Assembly: GCA_963748015.1 (NCBI GenBank)
Contig: CAVVHE010000004.1
Coordinates: 1,568,001 to 1,632,000, forward strand
Direction: 5' to 3'
Length of the DNA stretch: 64,000 nucleotides
From: Terriglobia bacterium
GTDB taxonomy: Bacteria; Acidobacteriota; Polarisedimenticolia; Polarisedimenticolales; JAIQFR01
The position numbers and the translations under genes were made by a program. This document shows, piece by piece, positions 19,667 to 29,802 of this stretch. How positions within the stretch are numbered: position 1 is the first letter of the stretch; each line of letters opens with the position of its first letter. The notes under the pieces were generated by a model that did no database searches, was not told where the DNA came from, and worked only from the letters and a program-made list of their open reading frames with translations.

Positions 19667-20322
19667 CGCGAACCCTCCGCGCGCCGCTTGTAGCCGCGCT
19701 CGCCGGCCTCGATCCTCACGGAGAGACGGTTCTCCGCGGGGGTCACCGGACACGCGAAGCGCTCCGGTGCGCCGTACGCGCACAGCGGGTTGTACGCGCG
19801 GTTGAAATCGAGGACGTACGGCCCGCCGTCGGGGCCGGCGAGATCCACGTACCGGCCGGCCGGGTAGGTCTCGAGCCCCGTGGTCGCATCGGTGAACGGG
19901 AGGAAGAGCGCGGCGGTGCCCGCCGCCTGCGGCGTGTCGAGCAGGCGGTAGATCCGGAGCCGGCACCGTTTTCCGTGGATCTCGAAGACGACTGTCCCGT
20001 ACGTCTCGCACGGCCTCGGCTTTCCCGTCGTGGACAGGATGGTGAAGCGCTGCGGCTTCTCGTCGCGCTCTATCGGCCCGCCGAAACGGTAGGCCGGATC
20101 GGGAGCCCAGTAGTCGAGCCCCTTGAACGACGGCACGTCGGCCGCGAGGAGCGGCGTCTCGGGCGACGTTCGGAGCTCCTGGTCCTTCGCCGCGCGCTCC
20201 GCCGCGATCTCCGCGGCCCAGCCCGGCGGCGGCGCGGAAACGGCCATCGGGCGCTCCCCGCCGCCGCAGCGCAGGAGACCTGCCACCGAAAGCAGGACCG
20301 CCGCGCGAATCACCCTTCGCAT
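19663..20322 (-). CDS. DUF1684 domain protein (possible lipoprotein)
   Basis: LFLPFTDATTGLETYPAGRY, LDFNRAYNPLCAY, CPVTPAENRL, IEAGE. Confidence 0.9.
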   Translation of the reverse strand: MRRVIRAAVLLSVAGLLRCGGGERPMAVSAPPPGWAAEIAAERAAKDQELRTSPETPLLAADVPSFKGLDYWAPDPAYRFGGPIERDEKPQRFTILSTTGKPRPCETYGTVVFEIHGKRCRLRIYRLLDTPQAAGTAALFLPFTDATTGLETYPAGRYVDLAGPDGGPYVLDFNRAYNPLCAYGAPERFACPVTPAENRLSVRIEAGERGYKRRAEGSR

Positions 20323-20342
20323 TCCGTTCCCTCCCCTCCCGG

Positions 20343-23310
20343 CTACCAGCTCACCGGAACCCGCGCCGACCGCCCCGCGTGGTCGCGGTACAGCAAGTAC
20401 CCCCGCTCTCGTCCGAGGTCGAAGATCCGTCTCGTGACCTCGACGTCCTTCTTGCAGTACGCCTCGATCAGGTCCACGCGCCCTTCCTTCCACCATGCGA
20501 GACTCTGCAGCCCGTCGGCCGACTTCGACTCTCCGAGGTTCGCCTCCGCGAGGTGGCCGAGCGACAGCCGGAACCCGAGCCGCCTGTGGATCTCGGAGAG
20601 CATGTCGAGCGTCCGGATCCGTCCGAGGTCCCACTCGGTATACCCCGAGAGCACGACGAGGTCGAACCGGTCGATGTTGAAGCCTACCACGCAGTCGGCC
20701 ATCGCGAGGTCCAGGAGCAGCCTGTCCACGTCCTGCTCGGCGTAGGTCCGGTACTCGTCCTGGGCCATGTCGTACACCACCGCGAGGGCGAGGCCCATCC
20801 GGGAGGCGTTCTTCCAGCCTCCGACCTCCTCCGCGCTCCGCTGCGTCTCGAGATCCATCACGAGGACGCGGCCGCGTGGCTCGGCGGGCGGCGCCGCCCG
20901 GGATCGCTCCTCGTCCCGGGGCGCGGCCGTCGCTTCCGGGACGTTGCCGCCGCGGGTAATGCCGTGACGGCGCCGCGGCCGCGGAGCGGGCGATTCGGGG
21001 GCCGGCGTCGCGGGCTCCGCGGCCGGCTCGGCGGAGGCGGCCGTTTCGTCGAGAGCGAGGTCGTCCCGGCCGAGCATCATCTCCAGCACGAGCCGCGCCG
21101 CCGCTTTGTCGAGCGGCTTGTTCCCGTTGCCGCAGCGGGGCGACTGGATGCAGGCGGGGCATCCGGCGTCGCACGGGCAGGACTCGACGAGCTCGAGGGT
21201 CCGGCCGATGAGCCTTTCGGGATCGCGGAAGGCCTGCTCCGCCAGCCCCGCCCCGCCGGGAACGCCGTCGTAGAGGAAGATCGCGGGCCCGCCGGTCTGC
21301 GGGTGCCCGGTGTACGAGATCCCGCCCACGTCGCCGCGGTCCGCGATCGCGAGAAGGGGGAACAACCCGATCATCGCGTGCTCCGCGGCGTGGAGCCCGC
21401 CCATGAAGTGCAGCCCCCTCGAGGCGAAAGCCGCCGCGGCGCCTGGAGGTATCTCGATCCAGAACCCGGTGGTCTCGTAGACGAGCGGCGGCACCGACAG
21501 CGGGTGCGTCGAGATCGGCTCGCCTCCGAACAGCCGCTTCTTCTGGTATTCCCGGATGCGCACCGTGACCTTGAGGCGTCCGTACCCGAGCGGCAGGCGG
21601 CCGAGGCGTCCCGACTCGAGCCTCTCGAGGATCTCCGTCTCCTTCTCGCCGAGGACGACGGTGAAGTAGTCCACGCGGGCGGGCTCCGCGTCCACGCGCC
21701 GCGCGTCGGTGTCGAGACGGAGGATGCGGAAGGACTGCCCCGCGTGGAGGTAGATCGCGCCGGGATGGCATTCGTGGAACACCCGCATCCCGTCCACGGT
21801 CCCGAGGAGCCGCCCGGTGCGCGCATCCACGATCGTGTACGGAGGTCCCGCCGAGCGGGGACTGACGTCCCGCTGGGGGTTCTTGCGGAAGGAGAACCAC
21901 CGGACCCCGTCTCCGTCGCGAACGAGGCGCCCCTCGCGCTCGAGCTCCTCGGCGAGTGCCGTGGCCCGCGCCCCCGATCGCCTCGACCTCCGAGCAGGTG
22001 AGCGGCAGCTCCGCCGCCGCGCAGACGAGGTGCTGGCCCGCGACGATCGCGTTCATCGGATCGAGGACCGCCCGCTCGAACACCTGCCCGAAGAACATCT
22101 CGGGGTGCGCGACCACGTACTGGTCCAGGGAATCGGGGAGCGCGATCATCACGACGAGCGCGTCGCGGTCCTTCCGGCCGACGCGCCCGATCCGCTGCCA
22201 GGAAGAGGTCATCGAGCCGGGATAGCCGACGAGCACGCACACGTCGAGCCCGCCGACGTCGATCCCGAGCTCGAGGGCGCTGGTGGCGAGGACGGCGAGG
22301 AGGTCTCCCTTGAACAGGCGCGACTCGATCTCGCGCCTCTCTTCGGGAAGGTACCCCGCGCGGTAGGGCGCGAGGCGGCGCCTCAAGCCCGGCGCCTCCT
22401 TGACGATCCACGCGTGGAGCAGCTCGGTGATCCTGCGGGCCTTGGTGAAGGCGATCGTCCGGAGACCGTGCCCGGCGGCCTCCGCGACGACGCGGACCGC
22501 CACGGTGTACGGCGAGACCGCCACCGGGTTGAGGAACACCACCTCGCGCCCCACAGCGGGGGCCCCCGAGCGATCCACCACCTCGAAGTCCTCGCCGACG
22601 AGCATGCGGGCGAACTCTCCGGGGTTCCCGACGGTCGCGGAAGCGGCCAGGAACCTCGGCTTCGACCCCGCGGCGGCGCACAGCCGTAGGAGGCGTCTCA
22701 GGATGTGGTGGACGTGCGCGCCGAAGATCCCGCGGTACACGTGCAGCTCGTCCACCACGACCCAGCGGAGCGCCTCGAGGAACGGACGCCACTCCGCGTG
22801 GTGCGCGAGGATGCCGGCGTGGAGCATGTCGGGGTTGGTGATGAGGATGTCGGGAGGCTCCGCCTTGATCTTGCGCCGCTCGGCGGCCGGCGTGTCGCCG
22901 TCGTAGATCGCGATGCGCGGGGGGCGCAGACGGCCCGTCGCCGCCGCCAGCTCGCGAAGCCCGCCCGCCTGGTCCTGCGCGAGCGCCTTCGTCGGGTAGA
23001 GGAAAAGCGCCTTCGCCCCGGTCCCCTCGAGAACTGTCTCGAGGACGGGGAGCGCGAACACCAGCGTCTTCCCCGACGCCGTGGGCGTGACCGTCAATAC
23101 GTTGCGCCCCGCGCGCGCGGCGTCGAGCGCTTCCGCCTGGTGCGACCAGAGGCGCGAGATCCCGCGCGCTTCGATCGCCTGCCGCAGCTCGACGGGGAGC
23201 GGCCGGGCGGGCTCGGCGAAGCGGGCTTCCCGGCCGGGTATGCCGCGATGGTGCGCGACCATCGGCGCGATTCCCGGGTGCCGGAGGAGCTGCTGGACGA
23301 ACTCGCGCAT
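20343..23310 (-). CDS. DEAD/DEAH helicase with DUF1998 (MrfA/YprA-like) fused to RNase_H_2 exonuclease; one frameshift near 21971-21975
   Basis: TPTASGKT, DELH, SAT, ALELGIDVG, QRIGRVGR; DUF1998 HAAEH...CPCDAGCPACIQ; C-terminal DLETQ...GFNIDRFD...YCKKDV; frameshift in a 5-base homopolymer. Confidence 0.88.
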
Positions 23311-23387
23311 CGATTCTCCCCGGCGGATGGAGGCGGGACGGGATTATGGCACGCCGGGCGGCGCGCGGCTCCGGCGCGGAGAGGCGG

Positions 23388-24752
23388 TCAGGCCCGCGGC
23401 GCGGACCGGAAGCGGCCCAGCTCGATCATCGCCGCGCCGAGCAGCAGGAGCGCCCCCGCGTTGGTCGTGGCCGCCACGAGCGCGGGGTGGCCCTGCCCGA
23501 TGATCGCCTCGAGGGGCCGGTTGGCGAGGAGCACGACCGCGATCGCGACGGCGGCCGCGAGCCCACCCGTAATCCGCGAGGACGCGCCGGCGCGCGGACG
23601 GAGGAGCCAGAGCGCGAGCGGGATCGCGAGGACGAAGTAGTGGACCCAGACCAGGGGCGAGGAGAGCAGGTAGGCCATGCACCCGGTGCCGGCGAGGGCG
23701 ACGTCTTCCTTGGTCGCGCACGACGTCTCTTCGCCCCCCGTCCCAGCCGGGCTCGCCACCGCGCGCTTCGTACCCAGCCAGAGGAATGCGGCCGCCGCCG
23801 ACAAGATGGCCAGCGCGAGCAGCGGCGCGAGGCGGGCGCCGAGCTCGCCCGCGACGAGGCGCGCGAGGGAGAAGTTCCCGATCCGGACGCCGACGATCTC
23901 GGGAGGGAGCGAGAGAATCGCGGAGAGCCAGCTCCCCCACGCCCCAGCGGTGCCGAAGTAGAGGCTCGAGACGACGAGGACCGCGAGCGCCGAGGCGGCC
24001 ATCCCGGCCGCTACCCGGGTAGCCCTCGCGAACGCGCGCAGGACCGCCCAGCCCGCGAGCAGCAGCACGGCGACCAGCGCGAGGTTCGGCTTGAAGAGGA
24101 CCGCCATGCCGAGGATCGCCCCGGCCGCCGGGTCGCGCCACGGCCGGCGCGGGAGGGTGCCCACCCACAGAACGAGGGCGAGCAGCCCGAGCTGGATCAG
24201 GTTCACGTTCCCGACGCGCAGGTCGGAGCGGTAGGGCGCGTACGCCTCCAGCAGCAGCACGACCGCCGCCGCCGCGAGGGGCGGGTAGCGGAGCACGCGG
24301 CAGAGGAGCAGCACGCCGCCGAGACCCGACAACAGGCTGACGAGCACGTGGATGGCGTGATCGCGATCGTAGTCGCCGGTGGCCGAGGCCCCCGCGAGCG
24401 TGTACAGGAACGGCGTCGAGTAGGTCTCCAGCACCTTGCGCCGGGAGACGGCGGCGGCGAGGCGCTCCGAAACCTCGTCCCGGGGAAGCGACGCGAGGAT
24501 CTCGGCGCCGATCCTGCTCCTCCCCTCCTCGCTGTAGACGTCGGCGCCCCCCGAGCGCGAGACGCCCTGCCCCACCGCCCAGAACTGGTAGTAGTCGAGC
24601 CCGCGCCAGGTCCTCGCGTAGGACCAGCCGCGCCACGCCGCGATCGCGACCGCGAAGACGAGCACCGCCCGCTCGCCCCACACGCGCAGCGGGGCCCGCG
24701 GCCCTCGCGGCTCCTCCCCTTCCACCCGGCGCCTGCGATCGGATGCGCTCAC
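23388..24752 (-). CDS. Glycosyltransferase family 87 (DUF2029) membrane protein
   Basis: DYYQFW, GNVNLI, LFKPNL, SPLVWVHY; many TM helices. Confidence 0.75.
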   Translation of the reverse strand: MSASDRRRRVEGEEPRGPRAPLRVWGERAVLVFAVAIAAWRGWSYARTWRGLDYYQFWAVGQGVSRSGGADVYSEEGRSRIGAEILASLPRDEVSERLAAAVSRRKVLETYSTPFLYTLAGASATGDYDRDHAIHVLVSLLSGLGGVLLLCRVLRYPPLAAAAVVLLLEAYAPYRSDLRVGNVNLIQLGLLALVLWVGTLPRRPWRDPAAGAILGMAVLFKPNLALVAVLLLAGWAVLRAFARATRVAAGMAASALAVLVVSSLYFGTAGAWGSWLSAILSLPPEIVGVRIGNFSLARLVAGELGARLAPLLALAILSAAAAFLWLGTKRAVASPAGTGGEETSCATKEDVALAGTGCMAYLLSSPLVWVHYFVLAIPLALWLLRPRAGASSRITGGLAAAVAIAVVLLANRPLEAIIGQGHPALVAATTNAGALLLLGAAMIELGRFRSAPRA

Positions 24753-24778
24753 GTCGGCGAATTATAGGGGGCGAATCG

Positions 24779-25426
24779 TCAGCGGGTCCCGTCGAGCAGA
24801 AGATCCGCGACCTCGGCCACGCCGTCGACAACCCGGTCCGCGAGCGAGAAGTCCGAGGTGCGGGCCAGCTCGGTCCGCACGATCCAGCACGCGAGGCCCG
24901 CGGCTTTCGCCGCCGCGAGGCCCCGCCGCGAGTCCTCGATCACGAGGGCCTCGTTTGCCCCTACCCCCGCCACCTCGAGCGCCTCGAGGAACGGTTCGGG
25001 GTCCGGCTTCGAGTGCCTGTAGTCCTCCCGCGTCAGGACGAAATCGAAGTAGGGCCTGAGGCCGCTGCGCCGGTGGATCGTCTCGAAGTGGCGCCTGAGA
25101 GAGCTGGTGACGACGCCCATCGCGAAGCGCCCGTGGAGTCGCGCGAGCGCCTCGCGCGCGCCCGGGACCGCGAGGTCGCTCCCCTCGAGCAGGCGCTCGT
25201 ACCGCTCGTTCCGCTCCGCGCGGAGCGACTCGACTCGCTCCGCGGGGAATCCCCGCTCGACCGCAAGGTGCCACGCCCCGCGCGACTGGACGAGGAACAG
25301 CTCGTGGAAGAGGGCCGGGGTCAGCTCGACGCCGAAGCGCGAGAGGATCTCGGCGGTCGCCTTGAGGTAGAGCGGCTCCGTGTCCACGAGGACTCCGTCG
25401 TTGTCCCAGAAGACCGCGCGGATCAC
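24779..25426 (-). CDS. HAD family phosphatase
   Basis: WDNDGVLVDT, VTSS, KPDPE, IEDSRRG. Confidence 0.92.
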   Translation of the reverse strand: MIRAVFWDNDGVLVDTEPLYLKATAEILSRFGVELTPALFHELFLVQSRGAWHLAVERGFPAERVESLRAERNERYERLLEGSDLAVPGAREALARLHGRFAMGVVTSSLRRHFETIHRRSGLRPYFDFVLTREDYRHSKPDPEPFLEALEVAGVGANEALVIEDSRRGLAAAKAAGLACWIVRTELARTSDFSLADRVVDGVAEVADLLLDGTR

Positions 25427-26355
25427 GGCGCGTCCCCCTCGATCGCCCGCAGGAAATCGGGCGGGAGCGGCGAGGCGACCTCGCGCTCTCCCCCGCCCGG
25501 AACCGGGAAGACGAGACGCGCGCAGTGCAGGAGCTGCCGCCGCGGCCCACCGTCCTCGCGCCGCGCGTCCCGCACCCCCTTCACCATGTCGAGGTAGTCC
25601 TGGTCCGGACGGCCGTAGAGGATGTCGCCCAGGATGGGATGACCGATCGCCGCGAGGTGCACGCGGAGCTGGTGCCGCCGTCCGGTGGCCGGGAAGAGAC
25701 GGAGCAGGGCGCGATCCCCGAGCCGGCGCTCGACGCGCCACGCCGTGACCGAGGGCTGCCCGGTCTCGCCGGCCTCGCGGCGCACGTAGACGCGAGAGCC
25801 GCGAGCGTCGGCGATCGGGAGGGCGATCGTCCCCTCGTCCTCCGCGGGCTCGCCGCGCACCAGCGCGAGGTACTCCTTCTTCACCCACCCGCGCTCGAAC
25901 GCGGTCGAAATCAGCCCCGCGGTCGCCGGGTCCGCGGCGACGAGGAGCACGCCGCTCGTCTCGCGGTCGAGCCGGTGGACGAGCCTCAGCGTCTCCATTC
26001 CCTCCTGCCGCCTCAGCAGGCGGATCAGGCTGTTCTCCCGTACCGTGTTGACGGGGTGCACCGGGATCCCCGCCGGCTTGTCCACGGCGATCCATCCCTC
26101 GCCGCGCTCGAGCACCGGGAGGACCAGCTCGAGCGGCGTCTCCACGATCGGCGTCCAGCCGATGATCACCTTCCCACCGGGGCGCACCGGCGTCGACGGC
26201 CTCGGCGCGACCCCCCACGAGAGCGTCACGCGCTCGCGGATCGCCCGCTGCACGTGGGAGCGAGAGACTCTCGGGATCCTCTCGTTGAGGAAGCGGTCGA
26301 GCCTCTTGCCCCGGTCGCGCTCTCCGATCTCGAACACCGTCGCCGGTTCGCTCAA
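25423..26355 (-). CDS. RluA-family pseudouridine synthase with S4-like N-terminus
   Basis: RLDRFL, DKPAG, VHRLDRETSG, TGRRHQLRVH, GHPILGD. Confidence 0.92.
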   Translation of the reverse strand: MSEPATVFEIGERDRGKRLDRFLNERIPRVSRSHVQRAIRERVTLSWGVAPRPSTPVRPGGKVIIGWTPIVETPLELVLPVLERGEGWIAVDKPAGIPVHPVNTVRENSLIRLLRRQEGMETLRLVHRLDRETSGVLLVAADPATAGLISTAFERGWVKKEYLALVRGEPAEDEGTIALPIADARGSRVYVRREAGETGQPSVTAWRVERRLGDRALLRLFPATGRRHQLRVHLAAIGHPILGDILYGRPDQDYLDMVKGVRDARREDGGPRRQLLHCARLVFPVPGGGEREVASPLPPDFLRAIEGDAP

Positions 26356-26759
26356 GGCGCCCGCCACGCGAGCGCGCGAAGGATCGTCGCGTTCGCCTCG
26401 GGCATCTCGCGCGCGTCGAGCGCTCCCCGCTCGACCCAGGCCCACTCCCGCCCGCCGCTCACGGCGGCCTCTCCCTCCGCCTGCCGGACCAGGAACGCAT
26501 GGAGCCGCACCGTCCGGTCGGGATAGTCGTGGACGACGACCACGAGCGGCTCGGCCGCGAGCCCCGCGAGGCCGGTCTCCTCGCGCAGCTCCCGCAGCGC
26601 CGCCGCCGCCGGCGCCTCCCCCTCCTCGACCTTGCCGCCGGGGAACTCCCACAACCCGCCGAGGTGAACACCCGGCTCGCGCCGCGCCACCAGCACCCGC
26701 CCCTCGCGGAGCACGACCGCCACCGCGGCCTCGACTGTCGGTAACGCGCTTCGGGTCAT
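26352..26759 (-). CDS. mutT: MutT-like NUDIX hydrolase
   Basis: HLGGLWEFPGGKVEEGE...RELREETG, VHDYPDRTVRL, MPEAN. Confidence 0.85.
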   Translation of the reverse strand: MTRSALPTVEAAVAVVLREGRVLVARREPGVHLGGLWEFPGGKVEEGEAPAAAALRELREETGLAGLAAEPLVVVVHDYPDRTVRLHAFLVRQAEGEAAVSGGREWAWVERGALDAREMPEANATILRALAWRAP

Positions 26760-26789
26760 CGTCCGCCACCCAGTTCCGTGAGAGCCACA

Positions 26790-26953
26790 GCCGGGAGCCC
26801 GCGGTCGAGTGCGACCCTCGGCGGCCCTGTTTTCGCGCGGCCGTTTCTTCCTCGAACGGCCGCGCGAAAACCGGAGCCAGGCGGCGCGGCGACGATCGCC
26901 GCGCAACGCCGCCGCGTGCCGCGGAGGGTCGCACTCGACCGCGGGCTCCCGGC
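26790..26953. repeat. Long nested inverted repeat (REP/MITE-like)
   Basis: Perfect 30-bp arms 26790-26819 and 26924-26953, plus internal hairpin TTTTCGCGCGGCCGTT...AACGGCCGCGCGAAAA (26830-26870). Confidence 0.85.
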
Positions 26954-27049
26954 CGTCGAATGTCGCCACCGCATTCGAGTCGGTCATCCCGGAACGCGGT
27001 TTCGCGGTCCGGTCGACGTCAATCTCGAGCGCCGCCCCGAGGCGTGAGG

Positions 27050-28300
27050 TCAGGCGCCGCGCCGGAAGACGCAGGAGACCACGGTGCGGTCGTCCCCGCC
27101 CATGCTCACCATGATGCCGTACGGCTTGCCGGCCGGGATCTCGACCTGGCAGTCGCCGGCGGTGCCGGTGAGCTGGCGGAGCAGGTCCACGGCCATGCGG
27201 ACGCCGGAGGCGCCCGTGGGGTGCCCGTAGCCGATCAGCCCGCCCGAGGTGTTCATCGGGGTCGGCCCGTCGCGGCGGGTGTTCCCGGCGGCGACGTAGT
27301 CGGCCCCCTCGCCGTGGCCGGCGAGGCCGAGGGCCTCGCACGCGAGGATCCCGGTGACCGTGAAGCAGTCGTGGACCTCGAACACGCCGACGTCCTTGAT
27401 CGTGATGCCGGCCATCGCGAGCGCCTGTCCGGCCGCGCGCCGCGTCGTCTCGAGTGCCGTGAGATCGTCGGGGCGGGCTGTCAGGTCCGCCACGGCGTGG
27501 CCGAGCCCGACGAGCTGCACGGCGTCGGCGCGCTTCTTCCCCGTCTTCGCGAGCCCCTCTTCCGAGACCGCCAGCACGGCGGCGGCGCCGTCGGAGACCT
27601 TCGAGCAGTCGAGGACGTTGATGTGCTCGCAGAACGCCTTCGGGTTCGGAAGCATGGCCTGGTGGGCGGCGAAGAGATCCGGGGTCGCGTTCTGGTATTC
27701 CTGCGCCTTCGGGTTCTTCCTCGCGTTCAGCATCGCCTGCTCGTACCACCGCCCCATCGCGGCCCAGGTCTTCTCGGTGCCGAAGCGCTTCTTGTACTCG
27801 CCGGCCCGGTCCGAGAACTTCGCGGGGAAGAAGTACGCGTGGCCGTTCTTCCGCTCGGCGGCGTAGTGCCCCGCCCCGGCGAGGATGTCGGCGCCGTAGA
27901 TCGCCTTGACCGTGTTCTGCACCTCGACGCCGATCGCGAGGGAGACGTCCGCCTGCCCCGAGAGGACGCTCTTCACCGCGGTGACCACGGCGAGGCCGCC
28001 CGACGCGCAGGCTCCCTCGACGCGGATCGAGGGCTTGTAGGCGAACGACGGGTGGACGAGGGACAGCATGGCTCCCAGGTGCCCCTGGTGGTTGAAGCGC
28101 GCCGCCATGAAGTTGCCGACGACACCCTCGTCCACGACGGACGGGTCGGCGGCCTGGGCGACCGCACCCTTGCCCGCCTCGGCGATGTAGTGCTCGAGGC
28201 CGGGTCGCGGCTTCTTCGGGTGGAACTCCTTCCGCCCGGTGCCGAGGAAGACCGTGTAATCGCCGCAGACGAGGTAGACCGGCTTGTGGAACGCTTTCAT
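27050..28300 (-). CDS. Thiolase, SCP2 type (HDCF)
   Basis: EGACASGG, EVHDCF, GHPTGASG. Confidence 0.9.
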   Translation of the reverse strand: MKAFHKPVYLVCGDYTVFLGTGRKEFHPKKPRPGLEHYIAEAGKGAVAQAADPSVVDEGVVGNFMAARFNHQGHLGAMLSLVHPSFAYKPSIRVEGACASGGLAVVTAVKSVLSGQADVSLAIGVEVQNTVKAIYGADILAGAGHYAAERKNGHAYFFPAKFSDRAGEYKKRFGTEKTWAAMGRWYEQAMLNARKNPKAQEYQNATPDLFAAHQAMLPNPKAFCEHINVLDCSKVSDGAAAVLAVSEEGLAKTGKKRADAVQLVGLGHAVADLTARPDDLTALETTRRAAGQALAMAGITIKDVGVFEVHDCFTVTGILACEALGLAGHGEGADYVAAGNTRRDGPTPMNTSGGLIGYGHPTGASGVRMAVDLLRQLTGTAGDCQVEIPAGKPYGIMVSMGGDDRTVVSCVFRRGA

Positions 28301-28324
28301 CGGCTTGTCCTCCCGCCGAAAGGC

Positions 28325-29672
28325 TCACGCGCAGAAATCGTTGATCGGACCGTACAGGTGGTAGAAGCCGCTCGTGAGGACGCCGTTGACGTCCTCCGGC
28401 TTCGCGGCCACGCCGCCGCTCGACGAGACCCTTCGCGATGTCGCGAGAGCGGCGCACGTAGGCGCGAGCGAGCTCGGCCCCCGGGGTGCTCATCTTGTCG
28501 AGCGCCGCGAAGTGGGCCTTCAGCGCCGCGTCCTTGTCGGGGGCGCCCGAGAGCGCCTTCCACGGCCGGAACCCGTCGGGAAGCGCGCCGAGAGCGGCGT
28601 CCGCCTCGGCCGTCCACCCCTTGGGGTCGATCGCGACGTAGGCGCCCTTCTCGAGGTCGTACACCGACGCGACGCGCCCCTTCTCGTAGGTGAAGAACCC
28701 GGGCTTCTGCGAGCCGTCCGGGTTCTGGCCGCCGAGCACCTTGCGCGAGATCATCGCGTCGATGGTCGGGTCCTGCAGCTTCTCCTCGAGGTACCGGTCC
28801 ATCACGTCCTGGATGAACTTGAAGACGTCGATCCCGACGTAATCGATCAGCTGGAGGATCCCCATGGGGCGGACCAGCCAGTCCTGGCTGACCCGGTTGA
28901 CCATGTAGGCCGCCTTGACCCACCCGTGGGTCTTCGCGAGGCGCGCCACCTCGGCGAGGCCGTGCATCCCGTCCCGGATGAAGTGGCCGTTCCCGATGAA
29001 CCCCGCCACGTCGTGCGACGGGATCAGCGTCTTGCGGAGGCGCTTGCCGAGCTCGGCCGCGGCAGCCGCGACGTCGTCCCGCGTCCCCGGGCCGCGGATG
29101 ATCTCGACGAGCTTCTGCACCGGCGGCGGGTTGTAGAAGTGGTAGCCGATGATCCGCCCGTCGAGCCCCGCGTCCTTGTCCAGGAGGCCGATCGGCACCG
29201 AGGAGGTGTTGGTGAGGAAGAACGCGTCGGGGGCGCAGGAGGCCTTGAGCTGCTTGAACACCTCGATCTTGACCGGGAGCTTCTCGACGATCGCCTCGAA
29301 GACGAGGTGCGAGCCCTTCGCGGCGTCAAGGTCGGTGCTCGGCCAGACGACCGAGTCCATCCGGTGGACGAAGTCCTCGATGATCTCGCTGTTCTCGACG
29401 AGGTCCTTGCGGTCGGCGTAGAGCCCTCGGAGCGAGACCGCGCTCTTCTCCGCCGCCTTCACCGCCTGGACGTGGATGTACTCGCGGAGGCCCGCGAGCC
29501 CCTCCGGGCTCAGGTCCACGGCGTTCAGCCGGAAGGTCTTTCCCTTGTTCTCGGGCAGGAGCGACAGCCGGGCCATCTCCTGCGCGAGCAGCAGCGTGAT
29601 GCCGCTCCCCATCTTCCCGGCGGCTCCGATCACGGAGACCAGGGACAGTCGTTCGTCGAGATTCGTCGTCAT
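28325..29672 (-). CDS. 3-hydroxyacyl-CoA dehydrogenase family protein; frameshift near 28415
   Basis: GAAGKMGSGI, FEAIVE, TNTSS, HFYNPP, GFIGN; C-terminus GVAAKPEDVNGVLTSGFYHLYGPINDFCA* lies in the shifted frame. Confidence 0.88.
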
Positions 29673-29802
29673 GATGGCCCCTCCGGAAGCCGGCGCACCG
29701 CCCGAAACGATCGTTCGCTGGATGAAGGCGAATTCTCGCACGGCGGGGACCCGGCGGGCAAGACGCTCGCCCCTGGCGGGGATCCGAGACTCCGAGCCGG
29801 CC

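Noticed and set aside
19663..23310. Apparent helicase-DUF1684 fusion (1215 aa)
   Set aside because: It is a frameshift artefact. DUF1684 has its own ATG at 20322 and a signal peptide.
26352..29741. Apparent 1129-aa dehydrogenase-MutT fusion
   Set aside because: It results from the frameshift near 28415 reading through the thiolase in the wrong frame.
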